From the NCBI GenBank assembly GCA_047629055.1, contig JBLHWG010000001.1, positions 1 to 48,758 on the forward strand: a stretch of DNA of 48,758 nucleotides, read 5' to 3'. Within the stretch, counting starts at the first letter, position 1, and every line of letters begins with the position of its first letter. Source of the DNA: Halioglobus sp. (GTDB lineage Bacteria > Pseudomonadota > Gammaproteobacteria > Granulosicoccales > Granulosicoccaceae). A program made the position numbers and the translations under genes. The notes beneath the pieces were generated by a model, which was given only the letters and a program-made list of their open reading frames with translations, did not search any database and was not told the DNA's origin. Of this stretch, positions 1 to 9,899 are shown one piece after another.

Positions 1-540
1 GGTAAATCGTGTGCGTGTCATTACACGGGCGCCTTGTTCATGGGCACTCAATGCGTTCAGAATGGTCAGTCGGGAATCGTCAACCCAGCAGTCCGAAAAC
101 TCAAATCCGCGACGGAACTCAGGTTTAATTACATCGCCTTCAGAGCATGATGTTAAATTTAAAGTGCGTGTACCCGGCAGTCGCCGACGACCACCCAGAT
201 GGTCATACAAATACAAACCTATTCGAAGCAACCACGCTGGACGATCATCAGGGCTATGTGGCAATACAAAACGCATAGGCCAAATAATATGTGGCGCAGC
301 CGCTAACAAGACTTCCCTTTCCCTCAATGCTTCTCTAACCAGTCGAAACTCGTAATTTTCAAGGTATCGCAAGCCACCATGAACTAGCTTACCCGAACGC
401 GAACTTGTACCTTCAGACAGATCATTTTGTTCCAACAAAGTGATCTTCAGGCCTCTACCTGCAGCATCTCTTGCTATACCGGCACCATTCACACCACCGC
501 CGATAATACAAATGTCGTCTGGTCCTTGGTTAGGCATCAT
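1..540 (-). CDS. eryB: Erythritol-phosphate dehydrogenase (FAD-dependent GlpD family); 5' part only, continues off the left edge
   Basis: Not in the ORF track. Hand translation from ATG 540 stays open to base 1: MMPNQGPDDICIIGGGVNGAGIARDAAGRGL...GTSSRSGKLVHGGLRYLE...AAPHIIWPMRFVLPHSP...SDCWVDDSRL. It resembles Brucella EryB as I recall it, and lies downstream of eryA. Confidence 0.85.
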   Translation of the reverse strand, partial: MMPNQGPDDICIIGGGVNGAGIARDAAGRGLKITLLEQNDLSEGTSSRSGKLVHGGLRYLENYEFRLVREALREREVLLAAAPHIIWPMRFVLPHSPDDRPAWLLRIGLYLYDHLGGRRRLPGTRTLNLTSCSEGDVIKPEFRRGFEFSDCWVDDSRLTILNALSAHEQGARVMTRTRFT

Positions 541-586
541 CTAACTACCAGAATCTCCTGAAAGTATTATTAACAGACATCATCAC

Positions 587-1624
587 TTAACAGGGATTGC
601 GTGGTGGTTCGTTTGCGAGGAATCTGCCGACCTCTTTTGCCGCCTCTTCAGCCGCATAAGTGACGGTTCTTACTGATGCACCTGCGATATGCGGAGTCAT
701 TGTGAGATTGGGCACAGACTTTAATGTTGAGTCGTCAGAAACCGGCTCAATATCAAAGGTGTCAAGCATAGCGCTGCCAATTAAATCGTTTCTCAGTGCG
801 TGTTCAATATCGGCATAATTAACCAATGGCCCACGCGCAGTGTTAACAAATACGCTGTCATCTTTCATCTTGGCAAATGCATCCGCATTCATCATTTGCT
901 CTGTTTCCGGGGTGACTCGAGCATGCAGGGTAACCACATCACTTTGTTGCAGCAAAGAATCTAAACTCACCATCTCTACGCCTGCTTTCATATCGTCTAC
1001 TGACAACTGTACATAAGGATCGCTGACCAGCACTTTAGTCCCAAAAGCGCGAAGCAATTTGACCACACGTTTACCGATATGGCCATAGCCAATTACCCCG
1101 ACAACCATTTCGTTTAGTTCACGACCTGTGCGGTCGGTTCTATAAAGATCGCCGCGCCAGTCGCCCTCACGCATTGACTCATGCCCGGATCGGATCAGTC
1201 GAGTTTCTGTAAGAATTGCTCCAAGCGTGAATTCTGCAACTGCAGAGGCATTTCTGCCTGGTGTATTGACCACCGTAACATTGTGCTTTCGAGCTGCTTG
1301 CATATCGATATTGACCGGCCCACCGCGTGTGACTGCAATGAATTTCAAGTTGGGTAGTCGATCAAACATGCTCGCCGACATCGGCGCTAGATGAGTTATG
1401 AATAATTCGGCATCGTCAATAAAATGCACGATGTCATCGGCGGTACCCATATATTCCTTCAAACCATCCATTCCAGCAATGGCGTAGCCGTGCTCCATTG
1501 GCTCATCGGGCCAAGCCTGTTGCAAGGTGTGAATTTCGAGTGCATCTCCAACTACATCGCGCACCTTCCTTTCCAGAATATCTGGCAGCATGAACAGGTC
1601 GCCTATTATCGCAAGCTTAGTCAT
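587..1624 (-). CDS. D-isomer-specific 2-hydroxyacid dehydrogenase family protein (probable polyol/polyol-phosphate dehydrogenase)
   Basis: Motifs NTPGRNASAVAE, GVIGYGHIG, FVNTARG and TPHIAG. Start moved to ATG 1624, which overlaps the eryA stop (ATGA). Confidence 0.85.
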   Translation of the reverse strand: MTKLAIIGDLFMLPDILERKVRDVVGDALEIHTLQQAWPDEPMEHGYAIAGMDGLKEYMGTADDIVHFIDDAELFITHLAPMSASMFDRLPNLKFIAVTRGGPVNIDMQAARKHNVTVVNTPGRNASAVAEFTLGAILTETRLIRSGHESMREGDWRGDLYRTDRTGRELNEMVVGVIGYGHIGKRVVKLLRAFGTKVLVSDPYVQLSVDDMKAGVEMVSLDSLLQQSDVVTLHARVTPETEQMMNADAFAKMKDDSVFVNTARGPLVNYADIEHALRNDLIGSAMLDTFDIEPVSDDSTLKSVPNLTMTPHIAGASVRTVTYAAEEAAKEVGRFLANEPPRNPC

Positions 1625-3177
1625 ATTGCGCTCCTGGCATCGGCCAATTGCCGCCAAACGGGTTGCAACGCTTGACGTGCGGCAACATACGCTGGAAACA
1701 GCGCATCGTACCTTGCCGTTTCATCAGGATTGTGTGCCTCGAGACTTCCAAGCAATGGCGATACCCACTCGGCGACGCAATCGTCCATTGAAGCGTAGTG
1801 ACCAATTGATACTGCCGCTATCATCGCAGCACCGGCAGCACCAGCCTCTTCACGCGAAGAGGTTCTGAGACTGGTGCCCAACACATTACCGAATACCTGG
1901 CGAAGCGCCTGACTACGTGCAGCTCCGCCCGTGAGACGAATCTCTTCGGGGACAGTTCCCATGGCGGTGTAGCAATCCCGAGCGGCCAACGCCAGCCCTT
2001 CGACAACGCTTCGCACCAAATCAGCAAACCCGTGGCTCGTATTCAAGCCGATGAACCCGGCGCGAGCAGTGCTATCGATAATGGGCCCACGCTCGCCTGC
2101 TTCAGCAATATAGGGTTGATAAATTAATTCGCCAGGAATGGACGATGACAACCATGTATCAATGAACGTTAGCAGTTCTTTTCGAGTCCTTACCAACCCT
2201 TGATCTGCGAACAAACCCACAGCCATGTCCAACAACCAGTCGATATTTAGGGTGCTGGCCATATTGGATTGCATTTGCGAGTAGAAACCCTCTACCGGCA
2301 TCAGCATAGTGAAACCGGTGCAGTCCGGATTCAACACGACATTATCGCAGCCGCTGACTAAATTCATATGAATTCCAGTGGAGCCAATGATAGTACAACC
2401 CGGCTTCTCATCTTTATCATACAAACCGGCACCCAAGGCGGTGCATATGACATCGACGTAGCCCAATATGACAGGTGTTCCAGGGACTAATCCTGTGGCC
2501 TTTGCAGCGTCATCACTCAACGCGTGATGTTCTTGTGCACCGTCTAGCATGGGCGGCAAAAGTCGCCCGCAATCTCGTAGATCCATCATCTCCAGAAGGT
2601 CTTCCGAATACTGGCGAGTGCGAAAGTCGCCGAACGTAAAGCACCCTTCGGATGGATCGGTAACCCGTTCACCGGTTAGGTTCATGTACAACCAATCTTT
2701 ACAATGAAAAGCAACAGAGCTTTTTCGTAATGCAACCGGATCATGAATTTTCATCCACATTAAGTGAGCGCTTTGCTGACAGGCTGCAAAACCGGTACCG
2801 GTTAATTCAAAACGTGCACGCTGATGTGGACCCCGTTGGAATTCTTCTACCAATGCACCTGCCCGTGCATCCAACCACAGCCAACCACCACCGACAGGAA
2901 GTCCATCGGAATCAATTAACCAGGTTCCATCTCCTTGTCCGGTTACTGATATGGCTGCAACGCGCTCGGATAAATTCGGGATACGTTCATGCAAACCCTT
3001 AAGCGTATTGACCGTATCTTTCCAAGTGCGTATCGGGTCTTGCTCTACGCCTCCGCCCGCGACAGTGTCATAACTATTAGCAATAGCGCAATGAGCTAGC
3101 TGCTTTCCTTCCAGCGTAAATGCTACCGATTTGATAACTGATGTACCTGCATCGATTCCAATAATCACATCTTTCAC
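1621..3177 (-). CDS. eryA: Erythritol kinase (FGGY carbohydrate kinase)
   Basis: IGIDAGTSVIKSVAF, TGQGDGTWL, WLDARA, HCKDWLYMNLTG, TDPSEG and EAGERGP match the EryA pattern; eryB/eryD context. Confidence 0.88.
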   Translation of the reverse strand: MKDVIIGIDAGTSVIKSVAFTLEGKQLAHCAIANSYDTVAGGGVEQDPIRTWKDTVNTLKGLHERIPNLSERVAAISVTGQGDGTWLIDSDGLPVGGGWLWLDARAGALVEEFQRGPHQRARFELTGTGFAACQQSAHLMWMKIHDPVALRKSSVAFHCKDWLYMNLTGERVTDPSEGCFTFGDFRTRQYSEDLLEMMDLRDCGRLLPPMLDGAQEHHALSDDAAKATGLVPGTPVILGYVDVICTALGAGLYDKDEKPGCTIIGSTGIHMNLVSGCDNVVLNPDCTGFTMLMPVEGFYSQMQSNMASTLNIDWLLDMAVGLFADQGLVRTRKELLTFIDTWLSSSIPGELIYQPYIAEAGERGPIIDSTARAGFIGLNTSHGFADLVRSVVEGLALAARDCYTAMGTVPEEIRLTGGAARSQALRQVFGNVLGTSLRTSSREEAGAAGAAMIAAVSIGHYASMDDCVAEWVSPLLGSLEAHNPDETARYDALFPAYVAARQALQPVWRQLADARSAI

Positions 3178-4301
3178 GCCAGTGAATCTCCGTGTGAAAT
3201 TGCCATGCCACTGACAGGGTCAAACAAGTGCAAACTGGAAGGGTCAATATGAAGTGACAAGCGGTCGCCTGGTTTATCCAGTGCTCTATCGTGCTCAACC
3301 AGTATGATTGATTGCCCGGCAAAATCAGCAGCGATATGTGATTGATCTCCTAACCATTGATTGACTGCAACCGTGGCCGATACGCCTTCAGCTTGACGTT
3401 TGACCGCATAGGGTCGTATACCTAGAACAACCTGCTGCCTACCTTGCAGGGCATTTAACACTGCACTGGAGAACCGGACTTGAGGGTACTTCAGACAAAC
3501 ATCGCTGCCGACCAATTCGAACGATAATGTGCCATCGCGACACACGATGTTCGCATTGAACACATTCATTGGTGGTTCACCAACGAAAGTACCGGAAAAT
3601 AGGTTTGCGGGCTGATTCTTAATGGCTGTGTGTGAATCAAATTGCTGCAGTGTTCCATCCTCCATGACCGCTATTCGATCTGCCAAGGCGTTTGCTTCGG
3701 CTTGATCATGTGTCACAAGAATGGCCGTTAATCCCTTGGACTTGATGAAATGTTTGATGCGTCCGCGCAGCAGAGTGCGAAGTTGCGGCTCAAGCTGACC
3801 CATAGGCTCATCAAGCAGATGTAGCTCAGCATCTCGTATCAGTGCCCGCCCCAATGACGCACGTTGCTGTTGTCCACCTGATATTGAACTTGGAAAGCGC
3901 TCTAGAATGTCGCCTATTTCCAACATCTCGGCAATCTCACCTACTTTTTTAGCGATCTCTGGAGCAGACAATTTGGACGCTTTCAGGGCAAACGCCATGT
4001 TGTCGCGAATATTCAACGGAGGGTAAAGTGAATAACCTTCAAACGCCATGGCAACCTGGCGCTTCACGGGTGGCAAACGATTCAGTACGCGGCCCGCCAG
4101 CGAAATACTGCCGCGGCTAATGTCTTCAAAACCTGCGATCATTCTAAGAATTGACGTCTTTCCACAACCTGAGGAACCCAGCAAAGCGACGATTTCCCCC
4201 GCATGTACATCCATACTTAGATTTTTTACGGCGTGCACAGCTTTGCTGTGATGTCCATAAATTTTATCAACGTCTTGAATAGACAGCTTTACATCTCTCA
4301 T
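3174..4301 (-). CDS. Polyol ABC transporter ATP-binding subunit (MalK-like)
   Basis: Walker A GSSGCGKT, signature ISGGQQQR, Walker B HLLDEP, VTHD, C-terminal TOBE-like region. Confidence 0.92.
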   Translation of the reverse strand: MRDVKLSIQDVDKIYGHHSKAVHAVKNLSMDVHAGEIVALLGSSGCGKTSILRMIAGFEDISRGSISLAGRVLNRLPPVKRQVAMAFEGYSLYPPLNIRDNMAFALKASKLSAPEIAKKVGEIAEMLEIGDILERFPSSISGGQQQRASLGRALIRDAELHLLDEPMGQLEPQLRTLLRGRIKHFIKSKGLTAILVTHDQAEANALADRIAVMEDGTLQQFDSHTAIKNQPANLFSGTFVGEPPMNVFNANIVCRDGTLSFELVGSDVCLKYPQVRFSSAVLNALQGRQQVVLGIRPYAVKRQAEGVSATVAVNQWLGDQSHIAADFAGQSIILVEHDRALDKPGDRLSLHIDPSSLHLFDPVSGMAISHGDSLA

Positions 4302-5419
4302 TCGGACGCTCCTAGCGAATCTGAATGACCAGCCCCATGCAGATGCAGTAGGTGTCCTGTGGATTTATCAAACAATAGAGAACTGTCTTTTTTAAAAACA
4401 ATGTGTGCAATCCCCGAAGTGGGCCCGGGTGTGCCTGAAGGTCGGGAGATCAGCATCTCACGTCCGCCTTTGGTAGTGGCAAGCGTCACAATTTTTTCGT
4501 TGAGTGGAGTTTCTACTTCAACCGTCACGGGAATCGAACCTACTGTTCCTGCAGGTACAAATGATAAATACTCTGGCCGTATCCCCAAAGTACAAACACG
4601 ACCAACCGAGCCATCACCGACATCGATAATGGGCAGCTCGGTTCCTGATATATCGATAAAAACACCTTGCTCATTTTTGTAAGGCTGGACATCAAACAAA
4701 TTAATCATCGGATCACCAAACAGGCCTGCAATACCTACATTCGCAGGCTGCAAATAGATATCTGCTGGTGTCCCAATTTGCTCTATTCGTCCTTCTCTTA
4801 GCACCGCAATTCTGTCACCGAGGGCCATGGCCTCTTTATAGTCCTGCGTGACATACATAACCGTGGCACCACGACCCCGAAGCAATCGCGGCAATTCCAG
4901 TCTCATTTCGAATCGTAATTTTGCATCGACATTGCGCAATGGATCATCAAGCAGCAGCAGAGGCGGCTCACCTACCAATGCCCTGGCCAAGGCCGTACGC
5001 TGCTTCTGCCCATTGGAAAGTTCACGCGGCGCATGTGACAAGACATGCTCGATCTTCAACAACTGTGCAACTCGTGTTACGCCTGCATCTACATCTGCTG
5101 CTGATTGTCGGTTGGCCCTCAACGGGCATGCGATATTTTCGAATGCACTCATGTGCGGGAAAAGGGCAAAGTTCTGAAAGGCCATGCCCACCCCCCGATA
5201 CTCCGCCTCTACATCAGACATATCTTCATGGTCAATGTAAACAGTGCCTTCTTCAGGATCCACCACACCTGCGATAATTCTTAGCAAGACGGTTTTACCA
5301 GCACCGGACGGCCCGAACAGAACCACTGTTTCACCGTCCTCGATAGTTAACGATACATCGTCAACAACCGTGTCCTTTTTAAAGCGTTTGGTGATGTTCT
5401 TTAAGTTTAGGTGACTCAT
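4298..5419 (-). CDS. Polyol ABC transporter ATP-binding subunit (MalK-like, degenerate motifs)
   Basis: Walker A GPSGAGKT, signature LSNGQKQR, Walker B LLLLDDP, H-loop VTQD. Confidence 0.9.
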   Translation of the reverse strand: MSHLNLKNITKRFKKDTVVDDVSLTIEDGETVVLFGPSGAGKTVLLRIIAGVVDPEEGTVYIDHEDMSDVEAEYRGVGMAFQNFALFPHMSAFENIACPLRANRQSAADVDAGVTRVAQLLKIEHVLSHAPRELSNGQKQRTALARALVGEPPLLLLDDPLRNVDAKLRFEMRLELPRLLRGRGATVMYVTQDYKEAMALGDRIAVLREGRIEQIGTPADIYLQPANVGIAGLFGDPMINLFDVQPYKNEQGVFIDISGTELPIIDVGDGSVGRVCTLGIRPEYLSFVPAGTVGSIPVTVEVETPLNEKIVTLATTKGGREMLISRPSGTPGPTSGIAHIVFKKDSSLLFDKSTGHLLHLHGAGHSDSLGASE

Positions 5420-5425
5420 TCCAAC

Positions 5426-6283
5426 TTAACCTTTCACCGCGCCAAGAGATAAACCTTCAACCAGATAGCGCTGCGCGTAAAGCGCCAGTGCCAATGTAGG
5501 TGCGATGGACATGACGACAGCTGCCGCAATTTGTCCGTATTGAATACCAGAGGCGGTGACAAAGGCAAGCGCACCCACCGTAACCGGCTGCTTATCCGCA
5601 GAAGCAAGCACCAACGCAAAAATGAAATTATTCCAGGCAAAAATAAATGCAAGTAATCCTGCAGCAGCAATACCCGGCCCTGCCAGTGGTAACGCAATTT
5701 TACGAAATGTCGAGAACCACGAATTACCAGCTATACGGTGTGCATATTCAATATCGGGGGAAATATCTTCAAAGTAGCCGCGTACTATCCAAAGTATCAG
5801 TGGCAAACAAATCAACTGGTAAACCCAGATTAATCCGATGTAGGTATCCGCGAGGCCAATATCCTGAAAGTACAACGCCAGCGGAAGCAGCACCAGTAGC
5901 GGCGGTGCGAATTTAAACGACAAGAGAGTAAACGCGATGTCTTCAGAGCCTTTAAATTTGTGCCGGGCGAACGCATACGCTGCTGGTACGCCAAGCAACA
6001 AAGACACAGCTACTGCACCGACAGACAGTAAAATCGAATTGCCCAGATTACGTAAAAAATTAATCTCCAAACTGGCCGCTGAAGTTTCCAGCTTGCCGGT
6101 AATTATCGCTTTATAGTTTGAAATCGTAGGCTCGAATACAAATGATGGAGGTACCCGCAATATGGTCTCGTTAGTCTGAAACGACATCAACACGATCCAG
6201 AGAATCGGGAACATAAAAAATACAACCACCAGGCATAAGGCAATCGCACGAAGCCCTCGCTCCATTATCGAAGAATGTTCCAT
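5426..6283 (-). CDS. Carbohydrate ABC transporter permease (MalG-like)
   Basis: Several hydrophobic helices, EAA-like loop ISPDIEYAHRIAGNS, FAWNNF, C-terminal GLSLGAVKG. Confidence 0.92.
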   Translation of the reverse strand: MEHSSIMERGLRAIALCLVVVFFMFPILWIVLMSFQTNETILRVPPSFVFEPTISNYKAIITGKLETSAASLEINFLRNLGNSILLSVGAVAVSLLLGVPAAYAFARHKFKGSEDIAFTLLSFKFAPPLLVLLPLALYFQDIGLADTYIGLIWVYQLICLPLILWIVRGYFEDISPDIEYAHRIAGNSWFSTFRKIALPLAGPGIAAAGLLAFIFAWNNFIFALVLASADKQPVTVGALAFVTASGIQYGQIAAAVVMSIAPTLALALYAQRYLVEGLSLGAVKG

Positions 6284-6286
6284 AGT

Positions 6287-7210
6287 TTAGCTTTCCCCTC
6301 GCGCGCGTTCACGTAATCGCAGCCAATTCTTTATGAATATATTTGATATGAAAAAGGTTATCGCCCACAGAATCATAAGCAAGGTAGAGGATCTTCCGAC
6401 ATTCGTTGATTGGAAAAAATTCAGATAGGCCTCGACCTGAAACACCATCAAGGTATCCCCGGGGCCACCTTGAGTCATGGCATAAATAATGTCGAATTGC
6501 TGAATGCTCTCCAACAGCCTGAACAGCACAGCGGTGAGTATGTACGGTGTAAGCATGGGCAGCGTTATTCTGAAAAACTGCTGCACACGCGGCACACCAT
6601 CGAGCGCTGCCGCTTCAAAGGGTTGTTTTGGCAAGGAGCGTAATCCTGCCAAAAGCAAGATCATGATGAACGGGGTATACACCCAGATATCTACCAGTAC
6701 CACGGTAAATAAAGCAGTACTTGGCGATGCGCCCCAGCGAAAATCTTCTACACCAATCAGTGTCATGTAGTAGCTGAGAATCCCAAAACCCGGATTAGTC
6801 ATCAGCTTAAACATCAAGGCCGCGAGGGCTGGTGCTGTCATTAGCGGCATCAGTAGCATTATTGATACAAAATTGTTTACACGGGTCCGTTTCTGCAACA
6901 ACAAAGCAATACACAGCCCGAATATGAGCTCTAAGCCAACTGTTAGCACAGCATAGGTCAGAGAAACGTTTAAGGTCGACCAGAAACCCGGATCCGATAA
7001 GAAATTAAGGTAGTTTTGGCCCCAGTTCATCTCGCGAGCCCATGGCTGGCTCATGCGATAGCGCTGCAGCGAGTAAAACGCAGCTGTAAAGAATGGAACT
7101 AGTATTCCGATGCAGACCAACAGAGCGGGTAGGCTTAAAACGTATGGCAGCGCGCGGCGGCTAATTAAGCCACGTCTACGTTTGGGGGGGCGTTTGGCTG
7201 TATTCGACAA
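6287..7210 (-). CDS. Carbohydrate ABC transporter permease (MalF-like)
   Basis: EAA motif PFEAAALDG, LLAGLRSLP, TQGGPG; TTG start. Confidence 0.92.
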   Translation of the reverse strand: MSNTAKRPPKRRRGLISRRALPYVLSLPALLVCIGILVPFFTAAFYSLQRYRMSQPWAREMNWGQNYLNFLSDPGFWSTLNVSLTYAVLTVGLELIFGLCIALLLQKRTRVNNFVSIMLLMPLMTAPALAALMFKLMTNPGFGILSYYMTLIGVEDFRWGASPSTALFTVVLVDIWVYTPFIMILLLAGLRSLPKQPFEAAALDGVPRVQQFFRITLPMLTPYILTAVLFRLLESIQQFDIIYAMTQGGPGDTLMVFQVEAYLNFFQSTNVGRSSTLLMILWAITFFISNIFIKNWLRLRERARGES

Positions 7211-7250
7211 AACGTTATCCAGTTATTTCAAGTTCAATGAAGACGAGTGT

Positions 7251-7310
7251 CAAAAGAAAGAGGCGTGGCAGGTCAGCGTATAAAAGAGTTTGCACTGACC
7301 TGCCACACCT
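7251..7310 (-). terminator. Intercistronic hairpin with U-rich tail after the solute-binding protein gene
   Basis: 20-nt arms at 7261-7280 and 7291-7310. On the minus-strand RNA two of three differences are G:U pairs; followed by CUUUCUUUU. Confidence 0.65.
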
Positions 7311-7332
7311 ATCCTCTGGGTTTGCTATTTAC

Positions 7333-8766
7333 CTAACCTAGGCCTGCATCCTTGAGCTGGGCGTCGACGCTTTCAGCCAATTGATCAAGACCTTCATCCA
7401 CAGGCACTTCGTTGGCAACCATCTTCTGAAGTGTCGAAGCCCACTCAGTAGTCAAATCGAAGAATAATGGTTGTGCCGTGAAGTGAATCTTCGCACCCGG
7501 TGCAGATACATCATGCATCTCTACATAACCCGGGTATGAACTATTCAGACGATCACGGAACATCTCATCAGCCCAGACTGACTTACGCACTGGATTAACG
7601 AAATCCATTTTTGTCGCCCCAAATACCGCGTGCTCTGGACCTGTCGCCCATTGTAGGAAGTGCCAGGTCGCATCTTTATCTTTCGACGCTTTAGCCATTG
7701 CTAGCGACCATATCCAGATATTTGGGGTTGGCGCTGTTGCTTCAGGATTAGCAGCGAAAGGAGCATAAGCTAGCTTTCCAGCCATCTTGTTGTCACCGCC
7801 GTTCATGAAATAACCCAGTATGTCTGCGTCATAGATCATCGCAGATTTACCCGCACCCAAATCTGTTCCTACTTGGTACCAGGTATGTGTTGCCCAATCT
7901 TTAGCGCCAGAATTCTGAATCATTTTCACCCACTTGCCATGAAACTCCTTTGACACGTCAGTGTTCATTGCTGCAGATAATTTTCCGTCGTCATTGTTCA
8001 GATCTTTCTGGCCGTAGTTAGCGTAACCAGATAGAAACCCTGGGTGGATCGTTGCCCACGAACGTGAACCACGAACACCAATTCCATAGACACCATCGCT
8101 GGTAAGTGCTGCTGCGGCTTCCACCATTTCATCCATATTAGTTGGGACTGCAACACCAGCAGCAGAGAACATATCCGCGTTATACGCTAGATTGTTCTGC
8201 TCATAACCCCAGGGAATACACCATTGTTTCGCATCAGAAGAGCCGAGCTCACCACCTGGCTTGCCGTTCCATGCACAAGAAGAGCGTACACCTTCAAGCA
8301 TGTCGTCCCAATTGTAATTAGGATTGGTTTTTGAAGGATCTTCAATCCACTCGTTTAGATCTTCAATCCATCCTGCCGGACCGTAGGTCCATGTCATGTA
8401 GGCGCCCGTCATGAACGCATCGTATTCGGAGGATCCGGAAGCCAAAGCAGCTGTGACTTTGTCAAAGTAAACATCTTCTGGGAAAATGTCGTACTCGATG
8501 TTCATCCCTGTTAGCGCTTTGAAATTGTCTAGATTGGCAATCATTGCGTCGGTATACGGATGCTTGTTTAGTAGCAATTTAACCGTCTTACCGGAATGTC
8601 GCTTCCAGTCGAAATCCGCTGCCAGTGCGTTGCTCGCCTGCATATTCAAGATGACGCCAGCAGATGATGCCGTCAATCCTAAAGCGGAAAAGCGTTTAAT
8701 CAATTCTCGCCGGCTGAGCTTCCCATCCAGGAAGTCTTTGGCTAGCCCTTTTTCCTTCTCGTACAT
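7333..8766 (-). CDS. Polyol ABC transporter solute-binding protein (family 1), probable Tat signal
   Basis: LSRRELIKR plus hydrophobic stretch and ALA cleavage site; first gene of the permease/ATPase run. Confidence 0.9.
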   Translation of the reverse strand: MYEKEKGLAKDFLDGKLSRRELIKRFSALGLTASSAGVILNMQASNALAADFDWKRHSGKTVKLLLNKHPYTDAMIANLDNFKALTGMNIEYDIFPEDVYFDKVTAALASGSSEYDAFMTGAYMTWTYGPAGWIEDLNEWIEDPSKTNPNYNWDDMLEGVRSSCAWNGKPGGELGSSDAKQWCIPWGYEQNNLAYNADMFSAAGVAVPTNMDEMVEAAAALTSDGVYGIGVRGSRSWATIHPGFLSGYANYGQKDLNNDDGKLSAAMNTDVSKEFHGKWVKMIQNSGAKDWATHTWYQVGTDLGAGKSAMIYDADILGYFMNGGDNKMAGKLAYAPFAANPEATAPTPNIWIWSLAMAKASKDKDATWHFLQWATGPEHAVFGATKMDFVNPVRKSVWADEMFRDRLNSSYPGYVEMHDVSAPGAKIHFTAQPLFFDLTTEWASTLQKMVANEVPVDEGLDQLAESVDAQLKDAGLG

Positions 8767-8819
8767 GGTTAATCCCCTCTATTGGTTAAGATGCAAAACT
8801 CCGTATAGTTACGGATCTC

Positions 8820-9779
8820 CTATTGGTCGATAAGCGCTTGTGCAGTACGCTCATCTGTAATTAAGCCACTCAACAAGCGGCTTTTTAGAACGGCATTGAT
8901 TGCACGTGATTTTGTGAGACCACCTGCAATAGCAACAATTTTCGATTTGCCCAGATCTTTGACTGACAAACCCATTGTGCGATCTGACAATTTGGTACTA
9001 ATTGACTGGCCAGTATCGGAAAAAAAGTGCCCTAAGAGTTCGCCAGCACCGCCGGCTTCGTCTACGGATGTAATTTCTGACTCATCCACCATCCCGGTAG
9101 CTACAAGCGACGAATCCATTTTAACTGCGCCAATACCGACGACCTTCAACGTCGTATCGCGAGCCATGCCCATGACCTCCTTCAGCCCATGCTGGCTCAT
9201 TAGAATTTCACGATCCTTGACGGTGTTCGCCAGAAACGGCACGGGCATTACGTAAGCTTGGGCACCCGTTCGTTCAGCAAGCCGATGGATAACATCGTGA
9301 GGATTTGCCGCAAACTTTTGAGAAAAACCACCAAGTAATGAAACAAACTGCACGTTGGCACTGCGTGTGTGCGGGATGTGCTCGACGCAGGCTGCTAAGG
9401 TTCGCCCGTGCCCGACACCCACAGAACTAGCCGTGACGCCATCAAGTAAACGTCGTAAATATTGGCCACCTGCTATGCCCAAAGCCTTTAACGGGAGTGG
9501 ATCAAGATCGAAATCAGGAACGACCTCGCAGTAATCGAGATCGTACTGCTCTGATAGTCGTCTTTCCAATTGCAGGCATTCAGATACATCGCCATCAATG
9601 TAGACCTTGACCATGCCTTCGCGGTTGGCGCGGGTAATGAGTCGATGGGCTTTGAGTTTCGACAGGCCTAGCTTGTCTGCAACTTCTGCCTGCGTGTAAC
9701 CACCCGCATAATGCATCCAGGCTGCGCGCACAGCCATATCTGTATCGGAGGAATCTGGCTGGCGTGAAGATGAGGCCAT
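8820..9779 (-). CDS. eryD: Erythritol regulator (SorC/DeoR sugar-binding family)
   Basis: RAAWMHYAGGYTQAEVADKLG HTH, GVGHGRTL, FAANPHDVIHR, GLITDERTAQAL; resembles EryD as recalled. Confidence 0.85.
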   Translation of the reverse strand: MASSSRQPDSSDTDMAVRAAWMHYAGGYTQAEVADKLGLSKLKAHRLITRANREGMVKVYIDGDVSECLQLERRLSEQYDLDYCEVVPDFDLDPLPLKALGIAGGQYLRRLLDGVTASSVGVGHGRTLAACVEHIPHTRSANVQFVSLLGGFSQKFAANPHDVIHRLAERTGAQAYVMPVPFLANTVKDREILMSQHGLKEVMGMARDTTLKVVGIGAVKMDSSLVATGMVDESEITSVDEAGGAGELLGHFFSDTGQSISTKLSDRTMGLSVKDLGKSKIVAIAGGLTKSRAINAVLKSRLLSGLITDERTAQALIDQ

Positions 9780-9815
9780 AGAGTGTAAGGATTGCCCAGA
9801 AAGGAATAATTACAT

Positions 9816-9848
9816 TGGAATAAATATCAACTGTTGAAAATTATTTCA
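9816..9848. promoter_or_regulatory. Two AT-rich imperfect palindromes; candidate EryD operators in the divergent promoter
   Basis: TGAAAATTATTTCA (9835-9848) and TGGAATAAATATCA (9816-9829). Operator role is inferred. Confidence 0.4.
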
Positions 9849-9899
9849 CGATGAGAGACCATGAGTCAAGCCCATTGATAAATATTAGGGATCCCTAAC

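Noticed and set aside
11-355. 114-aa plus-strand ORF
   Set aside because: Antisense shadow of eryB, which the track missed because it runs off the edge.
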